Below, in pieces: positions 29,027-38,887 of a DNA stretch of 64,000 bases. The translations under genes and the position numbers were made by a program. Source of the DNA: an uncultured Gammaproteobacteria bacterium (GTDB lineage: Bacteria; Pseudomonadota; Gammaproteobacteria; JAURND01); contig CAWFAS010000004.1 of the NCBI GenBank assembly GCA_963813895.1, forward strand, positions 571,798 to 635,797, in the 5' to 3' direction. Position 1 is the first letter of the stretch. Each line of letters begins with the position of its first letter. The notes beneath the pieces were generated by a model. The model ran no database searches. It was not told the DNA's origin and worked only from the letters and a program-made list of their open reading frames with translations.

Positions 29027-30100
29027 TTAGCTACAAATACCATTAATAGGTGGATTTCTTGTAAATTCATGCTCAACAAATGTTGGGTATGAATTTGCGA
29101 ATAGTTTAGTCAGGCTGGAATTTAATTCTTTATATTTTATTAATTGTCTTCCTCTGCTGTCAGTCGTTATGGAGTCGAGCATTCTCAAATTAATATATGA
29201 GCTATTTAAATCTCCATCATTACTGACCACCATGCTGCTCACTGTACCATAGATTTTATCATTGCCACTAGTTAGATAGACCGATTTAAATCCCTGCAAA
29301 TTTGAACGGAATAAACTGGTATTTTGACAGCTATTTGCAGCTCTATCGTTGGAGACATTAGAGCTGGTATTCATAAGCCAGCTTAGCGCTGCATTCATAT
29401 TTCCCACATTTGCATTGAGAAGATCAGTAATTTTTTGTAACCTATTTTGGGAACTATCAAAAGAATCTGGATTGGCTTTTAAGTTATTTAGAGGGGCATA
29501 TTCTTGCGTTAAATAATGGTTGGTGTGAGCAAAATTATCACCGCGTTTAGATAAAACTTGATAGGTAAATTTACGCACCGGATCTAGATTATTGTCGGCA
29601 TAGGCTACTTCAACGGTTAGTATCTTTTTGCCGTCGGCAATTTGATAAAAATGTGGATCGGCGACACTGAATATTTTTGATAAGAAAGGAAGTATTTCAT
29701 CAACGGTATTAAAATTTTGTAAGATACCGTATTTAATCATGCCTTCTGCCGTTCCATTTTCTGGCTGCTGAAATCTTCTATTTTGTTTCGCATTAGATGG
29801 CAATGGAGAATCTTCTTCGATAATGGTTAGCCCATGCTGGTTTATCCCCATGGACACATTATTTTTTGACGTGAGTGCATAAAATTCATTGTTGTGATTA
29901 TAGTTATTTTCGTACCAATTATTAAATTGTTGTATCGGCATCATACGCTCAAACTTCTGAGGTTGATAAAAATAATCGCGATTTCTTCCCATTAATGTTC
30001 CAGACTCGGTGATTATTCCAAATCCAGTGCACGCATTGGCAAATTGGGAAATCAATATCATGGTAGCTAAAATAAACGTTTTCATTTTCATCATTCTCAT
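29027..30100 (-). CDS. Secreted Ntn-hydrolase (peptidase C45 / linear amide C-N hydrolase)
   Basis: Signal peptide then ANA/CTGF N-terminal Cys nucleophile, GRNRD, GINQHGL, HTNHY. Confidence 0.72.
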   Translation of the reverse strand: MRMMKMKTFILATMILISQFANACTGFGIITESGTLMGRNRDYFYQPQKFERMMPIQQFNNWYENNYNHNNEFYALTSKNNVSMGINQHGLTIIEEDSPLPSNAKQNRRFQQPENGTAEGMIKYGILQNFNTVDEILPFLSKIFSVADPHFYQIADGKKILTVEVAYADNNLDPVRKFTYQVLSKRGDNFAHTNHYLTQEYAPLNNLKANPDSFDSSQNRLQKITDLLNANVGNMNAALSWLMNTSSNVSNDRAANSCQNTSLFRSNLQGFKSVYLTSGNDKIYGTVSSMVVSNDGDLNSSYINLRMLDSITTDSRGRQLIKYKELNSSLTKLFANSYPTFVEHEFTRNPPINGICS

Positions 30101-30123
30101 TTTGTCTATCTGCGGTAAGATAC

Positions 30124-30729
30124 CTAGGTCAAAGCTTGTTCAAAACCAGCAATAATCAAATTAATATAATTATCACGTATTTTTTGATTATGAAATATTT
30201 TCAAATCATCTTGAATGACAGCGTTGATGCTTGCCGCTAACCATATGGCGAGCAATTCAGCTGGTAGTGATTTTTTAATTTGTGAATGTTTCTGTAAATG
30301 ATGAATGGCTGGAATCCAAGTGTCAGTCGCCGAAGGATTAGGTGCCAACAGTGCATCGCGTTTATCTTCCAGGCGCTGCCATTGCACAATTTTATGCAAC
30401 AAAGGGGCGCGATCATAAAGGGCTAAACGCTGCTCAATCGCCTCTTCTAAAAATGCACGTAGAGAAGCTGGTTGAGGGTTAATTCTGCCGATTCGACCGT
30501 GTTCAGAGATTTCCGCCTTCACTTTTTTCCATAATTCCTCTTTATTACCAAAATGGTGAAAGATTAATGCCTCGTTCACTTTGGCTGCTTTGGCGATACT
30601 CAAAGTTGATGTGCCTGAAAATCCACCGGCTGCAAATAATTTAGTGGCCGCTTTAATAATAGCGTGGCGAGTTTTATCGGCGTCTTTGCGTTGGTTTAAT
30701 TTAGGTTCCATTGTGGTTACTCTCAGCAA
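30124..30729 (-). CDS. TetR/AcrR family regulator
   Basis: AATKLFA..GFSGTS...IAKAA.VNEALIFHHFGNKEEL. Confidence 0.92.
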   Translation of the reverse strand: MLRVTTMEPKLNQRKDADKTRHAIIKAATKLFAAGGFSGTSTLSIAKAAKVNEALIFHHFGNKEELWKKVKAEISEHGRIGRINPQPASLRAFLEEAIEQRLALYDRAPLLHKIVQWQRLEDKRDALLAPNPSATDTWIPAIHHLQKHSQIKKSLPAELLAIWLAASINAVIQDDLKIFHNQKIRDNYINLIIAGFEQALT

Positions 30730-30759
30730 AAATCTGCTTGGAATTTTAAATATTCATCT

Positions 30760-32202
30760 TTAGACTTGATGCACTGAATGTCCTTTGTTCAGTAATTTAT
30801 TGATTATCGGTGTGAGCATTAAACACAAGATAAAGAAAGTAAAACTAAACATTGAAAACTTTTGTAAAGCTGATTGATAAATCATTTTTATGTTTGTTAT
30901 ATTCGTGATCTGCGTAGGCACATCCGCGTAGCTTGCTAATAACCCTGCAAGCTTTCCCCCTACTGCTGCTGTAAAATACCAGGCACCCATCATTAGTCCG
31001 CGGTAATTTTTGGGAGCATATTCCGTTACTGCAGCAAGCCCAATAGGTAAAATCAATAGCTCACTGACCGTGAACAGGAATCGATATAGGATGATAACAG
31101 TGATCTGTACCAATTGGGTCTCAAATTTTAACCAAGTTGCCAACATAGCCATACAGATACTTACCAGCAATAAACTTAAAGCAAATTTAATGGGTATCGA
31201 CAGCTTGATTCGATTGGACTGCCAAACATAGGCGAATAACGGACCTAAAATCAGCGTAAACAAACTACCAAAGGAAAGAAATACCAGAGCTGGGATTTCA
31301 TGCCCATATATTCTGCGATCAATCAGTCTATCGGTGAGTACATTGATGACTAAATAATTTTCAAAAAACATCGCTTTGTAAAAGATGGCAATAATAAACA
31401 ATATCATTAAGCCTAAAAGCTTATAACGATCGGATACTACTAATTTCCGAGAGATGCTCAGCAGATAAAAAACAAATAATAGCCCAAAAATAGCCAGGCT
31501 ATAATTACCTAAATCGATAGTCCTCATGGAAATGTAAACCAGAATTAAAGCAATACAAAGCCCTAAAATGATTTTTAAAAATTGCCTGTTTAAAAAGATC
31601 CACAATGAGTTGGACTGAATAGTTGCAGGAAGTCCTTTATCATTAAAATAACGAAATCCTGAGCTAAAGATGGTTATACCCAAGAATAAAGCAAAGCTGG
31701 CAGCGCCAAAACAGGCTCCCCAGCCAATATATTGTTGGATATAGCCGACACCAGCTATAGCGAGCAATGATGCCAGGTTAATAGCTACATAGATCAGCGT
31801 GAATCCAGCTGCGCGGCGTGAATCACCTGACGCATAGAATTCACCCATAAAACTAGAAATGTTAGGCTTGAATAATCCACCACCAACGATGACTAATGAT
31901 AGCCCGGTAAGTAAGGTGTGTTGACCCAAGGCCAAAATGGCATAGCCAATGCACAGCAAAAAACTACCCAATAATATAGCGACTCTAGCCCCCAGAAATT
32001 GATCGGCAATCCACCCGCCCACCATAGGTGACAACCATGCCAACGCAATAAATTGCCCGGAAAAAGCATAGGCGTCTGCATCCGAAAAGGATAATTGCTT
32101 CGTTAAGTAAAATATAAGAATAGATTGTAATGTGAAATAACCATAAGTTTCCGCCATTTGGGTCGGCAGAAGTATTCTCAAGGCTTTCGGTTGCGCTTTC
32201 AT
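30760..32202 (-). CDS. POT/PTR family oligopeptide:H+ symporter (MFS)
   Basis: GGWIADQFLG, GLFKPN, GFTLIY..IN, SELLILPIG. Confidence 0.88.
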   Translation of the reverse strand: MKAQPKALRILLPTQMAETYGYFTLQSILIFYLTKQLSFSDADAYAFSGQFIALAWLSPMVGGWIADQFLGARVAILLGSFLLCIGYAILALGQHTLLTGLSLVIVGGGLFKPNISSFMGEFYASGDSRRAAGFTLIYVAINLASLLAIAGVGYIQQYIGWGACFGAASFALFLGITIFSSGFRYFNDKGLPATIQSNSLWIFLNRQFLKIILGLCIALILVYISMRTIDLGNYSLAIFGLLFVFYLLSISRKLVVSDRYKLLGLMILFIIAIFYKAMFFENYLVINVLTDRLIDRRIYGHEIPALVFLSFGSLFTLILGPLFAYVWQSNRIKLSIPIKFALSLLLVSICMAMLATWLKFETQLVQITVIILYRFLFTVSELLILPIGLAAVTEYAPKNYRGLMMGAWYFTAAVGGKLAGLLASYADVPTQITNITNIKMIYQSALQKFSMFSFTFFILCLMLTPIINKLLNKGHSVHQV

Positions 32203-32342
32203 CGTTTGTCATATACCAGGGTCATTTAGCACTCAATATAGTTAAGTGTTTACTTAATGTCAAGCATCTGCAATACTCATGGCCGGAACTAACCCGCACC
32301 CTGTTTACCAGTCAGAACTAATTTTATGACAGAGAATCATAT

Positions 32343-33269
32343 ATGAGCTACTTAAAGTATTTATTGCTAATTTTTACTATCTTCTTCAGCCATTGTGCAA
32401 TTTCGCTTGCCAATAGCAACCAGATGGATTCGACAGCGATTCAAAAAGAATTGGCCGAACTTGAAGCATCTTCCGGTGGAAGAATAGGTCTGTTTGCCAT
32501 CAATACCGCTAATAATTCGCGTATAGCCTATCGGAGTGAAGAACGTTTTCCATTTCAAAGCACATTTAAAGTAATCGGGGTGGCAGCCATACTTAAACAA
32601 AGCATGGCGGATAATCATTTATTGCATGAAATGATTAATTATGACGAAAAAGACGTCGTTTTTTGGTCGCCCACCACTACCCAGCGCCTTGTTGATGGCG
32701 CTTCAGGAATGACAATTTTTGACTTATGCGCTGCAGCCATCAGCTATAGCGATGATACTGCGATCAATCTGTTGGTTAAAAAGCTAGGTGGGCCCAAAGC
32801 AGTGACTGCATTTGCCCGCTCCATCGGCGATCATACTTTCAGATTGGACGGTTGGGAACCTACATTAAATGCGAATCCGGATGAGGCGCGTGATACCACT
32901 ACACCAGCAGGGATGGCTGAGAGTCTGCAGCAATTAACGCTTGGCCATGCATTGGGCTCCCAACAACGGGATCAACTAATAAGCTGGATGAAAGGGAATA
33001 CGACCGGTAATAAACGAATCCGGGCGGGTGTTCCGCAGGGGTGGATAGTTGCCGATAAAACGGGAAGCAACCGCCATTACGGGATAACTAATGATATCGC
33101 TGTAGTTTGGCCGCCGAAATGTGCTCCCATTGTGATGGCAATTTATTTTAGCCAAAAACAGGCAAATGCACCCCATCGCGATGATATACTTGCCTCAGCT
33201 ACCCGGTTACTGATTAATGAATTCGCAAAGGAAGATTCATGCGTCAAGGGCGCAGAGAGAGGTTTATGA
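32343..33269 (+). CDS. bla: Class A beta-lactamase-like protein
   Basis: STFK, SDD in place of SDN, omega-loop E (DGWEPTLN), DKTG, DTTTP; signal peptide. Confidence 0.9.
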   Translation: MSYLKYLLLIFTIFFSHCAISLANSNQMDSTAIQKELAELEASSGGRIGLFAINTANNSRIAYRSEERFPFQSTFKVIGVAAILKQSMADNHLLHEMINYDEKDVVFWSPTTTQRLVDGASGMTIFDLCAAAISYSDDTAINLLVKKLGGPKAVTAFARSIGDHTFRLDGWEPTLNANPDEARDTTTPAGMAESLQQLTLGHALGSQQRDQLISWMKGNTTGNKRIRAGVPQGWIVADKTGSNRHYGITNDIAVVWPPKCAPIVMAIYFSQKQANAPHRDDILASATRLLINEFAKEDSCVKGAERGL

Positions 33270-33381
33270 TTGGTTGGCGTCCCAAGAAAACCTGCGTGTT
33301 TTTAAATATCATGCGCCAGTTCACGGGTCAACTCCACTATTTTCAAATAAAAAAATCTGCCACAGCTACTGAGGTTTATAA

Positions 33382-34563
33382 ATGAAAAAAATACGCTGTA
33401 AGAAAATATTTAAATTTTTTTTCGGTCTCTTATTTTTAAGCAATGCTTGTGCGCAGAATCAAGAAAATATTTCAATAGAACCGAAATTACCAGAAAACCT
33501 AAAACCTTTCGTCGCTTTGTTGGAAAAGCAGAAAACGCAATTACAAGGTGGTGCTATTGCAATCTTGTATCAAGGTCATGTTGTGTATAAATCAACTTTC
33601 GGTTTTCAAAAAGGTCAGGAGTATCCTGTGACGGATACAACCCTATTTGAGCTTGGGTCTGTTTCTAAATCAGTTTCCTCTATGGCTGTTGGATTAATGG
33701 TAGATCAAAAAAAGCTTTCATATGATGAAGCATATCGATTACCTTACTTAAAATATCCTGTTAGTTTGATGAATATTTTAAGCCATACGACAGGCTATAA
33801 ATTTTCTGGTAATACACAAATTGAGCATGGCGTAAACCGTCATGAATTGTTAAATATTTTGGCAACGCAATCGCCTAACTGTAACCCTGGCAAGTGTTTT
33901 TATTATAGCAATACCTTATTTAGCTTATTGGAAAATATAGTTGAGACAAAAAATATATCTTTTCATCAATTAATAGATAATCTCAATTCTAGCCTGCAAT
34001 CTAACAATGATTTTGTAATATTTCCATTAATGTCTGAAGCCAATATCGCTTATCCGCACATGAAAACTATCACAAATGGCAAGGAAACAACGAAAGTGTT
34101 ACCTCTTCCAAAATACTATCCAAAAGTTGTACCTCCGGCTGCTGGAATATTTGCCTCTTTGAATGGAATGATAAAATTCTTTAGGTTGTCTTTTGGCTAT
34201 AGGCCAGATCTGATTTCTAATAGTACCCTAAATGCTATTCAAACACCTATTATTGTAGCTAACGATATTTTTACCTGGCCTTTTAATTGGCCAATAAACT
34301 TAAAGTATATTAACTCATATTATGCGATGGGATGGCGCGTGCTTAGACTAAAAAACCACCCAAATAAAGAACTCATTTTTCATGGAGGGTATATAAATGG
34401 GTATAGAGCTTATATTGGCTATATCCCTAATGAAAAAATAGGATTTATTATGTTGGTAAATCAAGCAACAGAAATACCAGCGGAAGATGGTATGAAACTA
34501 TGGAGCATATATCTTCCCTCAAATACGAAATTAAAAATATTAAAAGAGCAGTCCAATGACTAA
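33382..34563 (+). CDS. Serine hydrolase, beta-lactamase/class C-like family
   Basis: FELGSVSK (SxxK), YYSN, HGG; signal peptide. Confidence 0.8.
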   Translation: MKKIRCKKIFKFFFGLLFLSNACAQNQENISIEPKLPENLKPFVALLEKQKTQLQGGAIAILYQGHVVYKSTFGFQKGQEYPVTDTTLFELGSVSKSVSSMAVGLMVDQKKLSYDEAYRLPYLKYPVSLMNILSHTTGYKFSGNTQIEHGVNRHELLNILATQSPNCNPGKCFYYSNTLFSLLENIVETKNISFHQLIDNLNSSLQSNNDFVIFPLMSEANIAYPHMKTITNGKETTKVLPLPKYYPKVVPPAAGIFASLNGMIKFFRLSFGYRPDLISNSTLNAIQTPIIVANDIFTWPFNWPINLKYINSYYAMGWRVLRLKNHPNKELIFHGGYINGYRAYIGYIPNEKIGFIMLVNQATEIPAEDGMKLWSIYLPSNTKLKILKEQSND

Positions 34564-35515
34564 GTTTTTTAAATTTGCTTTCTACATCTTGTTAGCATTT
34601 GATTTTATGAGTGGACAAGCAAGCGCAAACGTCTGGCAAGCGTCACCAGGACATACACAAATACCCATATGGCCAGGATCAGCGCCTGATTCGCAACCGA
34701 CAGCAAAGCCTGAAGAGATGAAAATAATTAATGATCCACTGGTCGCTGGCAGACCGTGGATTATGATTGGTCCTGTGGCCCAACCCACGGTGACGGTTTA
34801 TTCACCAAAGGGAAAAAATACCGGAGCTGCTGCAATAGTATTTCCTGGCGGTGGCTATTGGATTCTGGCCATGGATCTTGAAGGAACTGAGGTTTGTGAT
34901 TGGCTAACTTCGAAAGGAATCACATGTGTACTATTGAAATACCGCGTGCCAGGTGAAGGAGCGAATGGTAAAGGGCTAGATCTACAATCAGGACCCTATC
35001 CAAATTCATCAATGGCTTTAGAGGATGCACAGAGAACGGTAGGGCTGGTGCGTTTTCATGCCAAGGATTGGCATATCGATCCGCATAAGATTGGTGTGAT
35101 TGGATTTTCGGCAGGTGGGCATTTGGTGGCTGCAATCAGCACTCATTTTAATCAACGTTTGTATAAAGCCATTGATGCAGCGGATAAGGAAAGCTGTCGC
35201 CCAGATTTTGCGATCGCAATTTATCCGGGACATCTATGGATTGATAAAAAGAAATTTGAATTGAACCCAAATGTCCCCGTTACCCATCAAACACCACCTA
35301 CCTTTCTGCTGCAGGCAGAAAATGATAATGAGGATAATGTGAATGACTCACTTGTTTACTACATCGCCCTCAAGAATGCTGGCGTTCCTGTAGAAATGCA
35401 TTTATACGCGGAAGGTGGACATGCATTTGGGCTAAGGCGCACGAAGTATCCGATAACCGCATGGCCGCAGCTGGTGGAAACATGGTTAGGTACTATTGAA
35501 ATGATTTCTAATTAA
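34556..35515 (+). CDS. Secreted alpha/beta hydrolase (esterase)
   Basis: PGGGY, GFSAGG nucleophile elbow, GGHAFG. Confidence 0.85.
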   Translation: MTKFFKFAFYILLAFDFMSGQASANVWQASPGHTQIPIWPGSAPDSQPTAKPEEMKIINDPLVAGRPWIMIGPVAQPTVTVYSPKGKNTGAAAIVFPGGGYWILAMDLEGTEVCDWLTSKGITCVLLKYRVPGEGANGKGLDLQSGPYPNSSMALEDAQRTVGLVRFHAKDWHIDPHKIGVIGFSAGGHLVAAISTHFNQRLYKAIDAADKESCRPDFAIAIYPGHLWIDKKKFELNPNVPVTHQTPPTFLLQAENDNEDNVNDSLVYYIALKNAGVPVEMHLYAEGGHAFGLRRTKYPITAWPQLVETWLGTIEMISN

Positions 35516-35539
35516 AGAATTATGCAAAACTGACAATGT

Positions 35540-36493
35540 TCACTCAGCTAGCCAAATTCTAAATTTCTTCGCTAATCTGCCCTGACCCAGTAGTTTCGAT
35601 AATGAATTAGAATCAACGCTGGTCAAAAGCCGATACTCCCCTAATAGGGCATCAATCCACCAATATTGTTGAAATAAAGATATCATTTTTAATAAATCTT
35701 CTTGAGATGCTAAATCTAGCCAGGGTTGCAAAGCCTGCTGTTGTAAAAATTGATAAACGTTTTCATCTAATGAGCAATTTTCTTTAACACGATGTATCAG
35801 GTTTACAAGTGAAAAAAATGGATGCGCTATGGCAACTTCACCTAGATCAATAAAAGTTATTTGTTTTGTGTCTGGATGGATCAGAATATTCTTGTCATGG
35901 AAGTCAGAGTGGCTGAAAGTGCTTGGGATAGGATAATCAGATAATTGTTTACAGACTGAAATGAACTTTGGCGTTAATTCTGCGATGCGTGATAATTCAG
36001 CGCTAGTTATACCATCCGCCAACAATAATTCTTCTTGCTGAATCAATAGTTGATAATAATCCGGAATTTTTGTTAATCGCCAATCTGGTACGCCCATATT
36101 TAGAAAAAGAGGTAAATGACTAACGCTGGCACGCTGCATATCGATATAAGCATGAATCGCTGCAATCAATATATTGGCATCAAAAAAATTTTGCGTGAAA
36201 AATTCATGCAATTGTATACCCGCATCCCGCATTAAAAAACAATGCTGTTCAGGGTTATCAGCTATTAACGTAGGCACGGATGCCGTACAGGTTTGTCGCA
36301 GAGAACCGATCACTTGCGGCTCTATAGATAAAGTAGATGGAACTTGCTTTAGATAAAAATAGCCTTGATCTGTATCGAAACGATAAACACTCGACCAGGG
36401 TGTTTGCAGGATAGCTTTAGGCGTGTAATTTTGGATGGAATAATTCAAATTCTGTAATGTATTTAACGCCCATTCGATACATGTTGATGTCAT
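35540..36493 (-). CDS. Phosphotransferase (APH-like) family protein
   Basis: HSDFHDKN, FIDLGE, HPFFSL. Confidence 0.8.
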   Translation of the reverse strand: MTSTCIEWALNTLQNLNYSIQNYTPKAILQTPWSSVYRFDTDQGYFYLKQVPSTLSIEPQVIGSLRQTCTASVPTLIADNPEQHCFLMRDAGIQLHEFFTQNFFDANILIAAIHAYIDMQRASVSHLPLFLNMGVPDWRLTKIPDYYQLLIQQEELLLADGITSAELSRIAELTPKFISVCKQLSDYPIPSTFSHSDFHDKNILIHPDTKQITFIDLGEVAIAHPFFSLVNLIHRVKENCSLDENVYQFLQQQALQPWLDLASQEDLLKMISLFQQYWWIDALLGEYRLLTSVDSNSLSKLLGQGRLAKKFRIWLAE

Positions 36494-36507
36494 ATGCCTA
36501 ACCTTCC

Positions 36508-37092
36508 TTAATCAACGGATCTTAATCGTTTAACTAAAAAATGAGTTTTTCTCCCTGAAAAACAGCCGCTTCCTTCTAAGACGAAATCAGAAATAAATTC
36601 AAATCCTGCTTTTTCGTAAACGTGCTTTGCTCTTGGATTATTTACATCTGGATCAATAAAAAATGTATCTGCATGGGAATCTATAGATTGGCTAAAAAAT
36701 GTAATGAATTCGCTCAATGTTTCAGAACCCAACCCCTTGCCGAAATAGGCTGGATTCCCAATCATAAAATCAATACTGTATGTTGTGCCAGTCTTGGATA
36801 AGTGGGAATTTTTTATGGCTTCTCGATTTTTCCTAGGCTTTTCTTGTATGGTCATTATCATGCAAAAAGGAATATCGTCAATAAAACCAATCCAATAGTT
36901 ATACTCTCCATTCGCATATGTTGAAGAAGTTTTTCGCCCATCCATAAAATTAAGGATATCATCCTTGTGTGCTTGAGTATTATCCCAAAATTCTTGGATA
37001 TGCGGTTCATTAAGCCAATTGAAAATAATTTCTTTATGACTCAATTTTGCCGGTTCAAATCGCATATCAATTAGTTTATCGCGTTTGGACAT
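36508..37092 (-). CDS. GNAT acetyltransferase (AAC(6')/IucB-like)
   Basis: WLNEPHIQEFW, IDFMIG...GKGLG, IDPDVNNPRA..YEKAGF. Confidence 0.85.
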   Translation of the reverse strand: MSKRDKLIDMRFEPAKLSHKEIIFNWLNEPHIQEFWDNTQAHKDDILNFMDGRKTSSTYANGEYNYWIGFIDDIPFCMIMTIQEKPRKNREAIKNSHLSKTGTTYSIDFMIGNPAYFGKGLGSETLSEFITFFSQSIDSHADTFFIDPDVNNPRAKHVYEKAGFEFISDFVLEGSGCFSGRKTHFLVKRLRSVD

Positions 37093-37192
37093 AGGTTTGT
37101 TCGCATTGAATTAGTGATTGTTAACGTGTTAATAAATGGCGCTCTCTAAAGCCTATATCATGCACTAGAGCAGCGCCATTTAATAATACTCT

Positions 37193-37804
37193 CTATCCAA
37201 AAATTAAAGAGATTACATTTTTCATATTTGTTTCTGGTTTAATTCTGATCTCTTCAATCATATGCTTTAGACAATTTCGCAGCGCCTGTAAAAAATCCTT
37301 ATAGTAACTTGGGTGATCCAGGCAACGGAAAAAATCACTGCCCAAGCAAACCATATTGGCAATAGCGGATGCTAATCTAGCATGACGAGAATCGGAACGT
37401 AGAAAAGATTGATTTCTCTGAAAGATTCGTAAATAAGAGTTAAAGAACTCCAGTAAATCGCCTTCAACCAAAGTTGCCGTAAAGCTTAAACCCACTAACG
37501 TGCGAATATTATGCACAAAAATTTGAAATGATGATTCCTTTGATTGATTTTGCCAATGGTACTGAAAGGCTTGTTCAAAGAGTTTTGCCAGTGCTGCAAT
37601 GTCATTGTGCGATAGCGGTGTAGCCGCTAGAATGCGATTAGCCATATTACCTCTCCAAAGGTGAATGTGGTTAGCGTCAGCGGTGTGTTCTAAGCACCCC
37701 GTTGGCGCGCTATATACGCTTAAAAACTTCCTGTAAGGCGGTTCAAAGCAGTTGTTTGCCTCTTGAGGCGTGGTGATGTTGCGATGGTTCTGCATGATTG
37801 TCAA
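37193..37804 (-). CDS. Hypothetical protein (203 aa)
   Basis: Long ORF with GGGAG RBS; no recognised motif. Confidence 0.55.
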   Translation of the reverse strand: MTIMQNHRNITTPQEANNCFEPPYRKFLSVYSAPTGCLEHTADANHIHLWRGNMANRILAATPLSHNDIAALAKLFEQAFQYHWQNQSKESSFQIFVHNIRTLVGLSFTATLVEGDLLEFFNSYLRIFQRNQSFLRSDSRHARLASAIANMVCLGSDFFRCLDHPSYYKDFLQALRNCLKHMIEEIRIKPETNMKNVISLIFG

Positions 37805-37842
37805 CTCCCTGTTGATGGATAAATCTAAGTAAAATTTCCGTA

Positions 37843-38226
37843 TTATTTGCGCTTTTTAGCGCTTAACCTGCCTGCCAACCACTGGTGCCCCATTTCCACA
37901 CAGTGTTTGAAATGCGAATGCGACATACTGAGATGGGTGGCCTTACTTCGCAAGGTGCCAGTTTGAAAATACTGACAACGCAGTGCCTTGGCCATCGTGG
38001 GGTTATATTCCGCCATCTGCTTCACTAGATCTTCGATTTCCTCAGCGGCTTCATTGGTGGGCAGAGGCTTAGGCCCAGTGCTACGCTGGATGCACCCTTC
38101 CGTCAAAATGCGGTAAATAATGGAGCATTTCGGGTAGTCCAGGCCGTAGGAATTACCTCGTAGATACCATTCAGCCCACTGATAAAGCCGTTCTTCCAAA
38201 TAATCCGCAAAAGAAGATGCTTGCAT
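37843..38226 (-). CDS. Phage antiterminator Q-like protein
   Basis: LEERLYQWAEW..G..YP N-terminus and C-terminal HTH (LRSKA.HL.MS...F); sits after the replication genes; start 38226 follows the upstream stop. Confidence 0.7.
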   Translation of the reverse strand: MQASSFADYLEERLYQWAEWYLRGNSYGLDYPKCSIIYRILTEGCIQRSTGPKPLPTNEAAEEIEDLVKQMAEYNPTMAKALRCQYFQTGTLRSKATHLSMSHSHFKHCVEMGHQWLAGRLSAKKRK

Positions 38227-38230
38227 TGGA

Positions 38231-38887
38231 TTATTCCTCGCTAACCTGTGAGGATGGTGCAGGTAACGCCACTGGCTCAGCTGACTGAGGGAGCATGGAC
38301 GTCTGACAAAGTTTTGAGGTGGAATCACCGCCTTTCTGGTAAACCAATGCTGCTCTACTTTGATCACCCAGCAGTAAAGGTGGAGATGCTATGCAAGCAG
38401 GGTTGTCAGTATCAAAACGACCGGGCAATTTTTTCGGGTATTCAATGCTTGGGTTTAATGCGTAAGTGGCGTACAGTTTTTGAAACGTCTGCCCTAAAAA
38501 ATTCAACTCCCGGACGGTGGTTTCACACAGGCGGATCCAGCCACCCATATCATCGATAACCTGGTGCAAAATCGGATCATCGAAAACAATGGATTGATAG
38601 CTACCAACGCAGCGAATTACTTTGAGTACATATCCCCAGGCTTGCAACGCTTTGACCTGCGTGCTGCCTTCAAGATAACGCAGCACATCCGAAGCCTCAG
38701 GCATTTTGTACCCGCGATCAGGATTGTGAATGGTCAATGCTTCCAGGGCGGTTTTTACGGCGCTAAACTCAAAACGTTCCAGCGTCTGCCAGTAACGTTC
38801 AATCGCAAATTCGTTTAAGGTTTCGCTGTAGGACAAGCTCAACGCTGTGAGTAATTTAACAAAGTCCGGCATTTGATCGTGGGTCAT
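38231..38887 (-). CDS. DUF6475-like phage replication-associated protein
   Basis: YW..L, MP...D, QAW..V...I..VGSY.SIVFDDP..H.VI..MGGW..LC; ATGA overlap with the replication gene. Confidence 0.72.
   Translation of the reverse strand: MTHDQMPDFVKLLTALSLSYSETLNEFAIERYWQTLERFEFSAVKTALEALTIHNPDRGYKMPEASDVLRYLEGSTQVKALQAWGYVLKVIRCVGSYQSIVFDDPILHQVIDDMGGWIRLCETTVRELNFLGQTFQKLYATYALNPSIEYPKKLPGRFDTDNPACIASPPLLLGDQSRAALVYQKGGDSTSKLCQTSMLPQSAEPVALPAPSSQVSEE

Noticed and set aside
25030-37092. Integron cassette array
   Set aside because: Genes occur in both orientations, and no repeated attC-like site or IntI-type integrase was seen.
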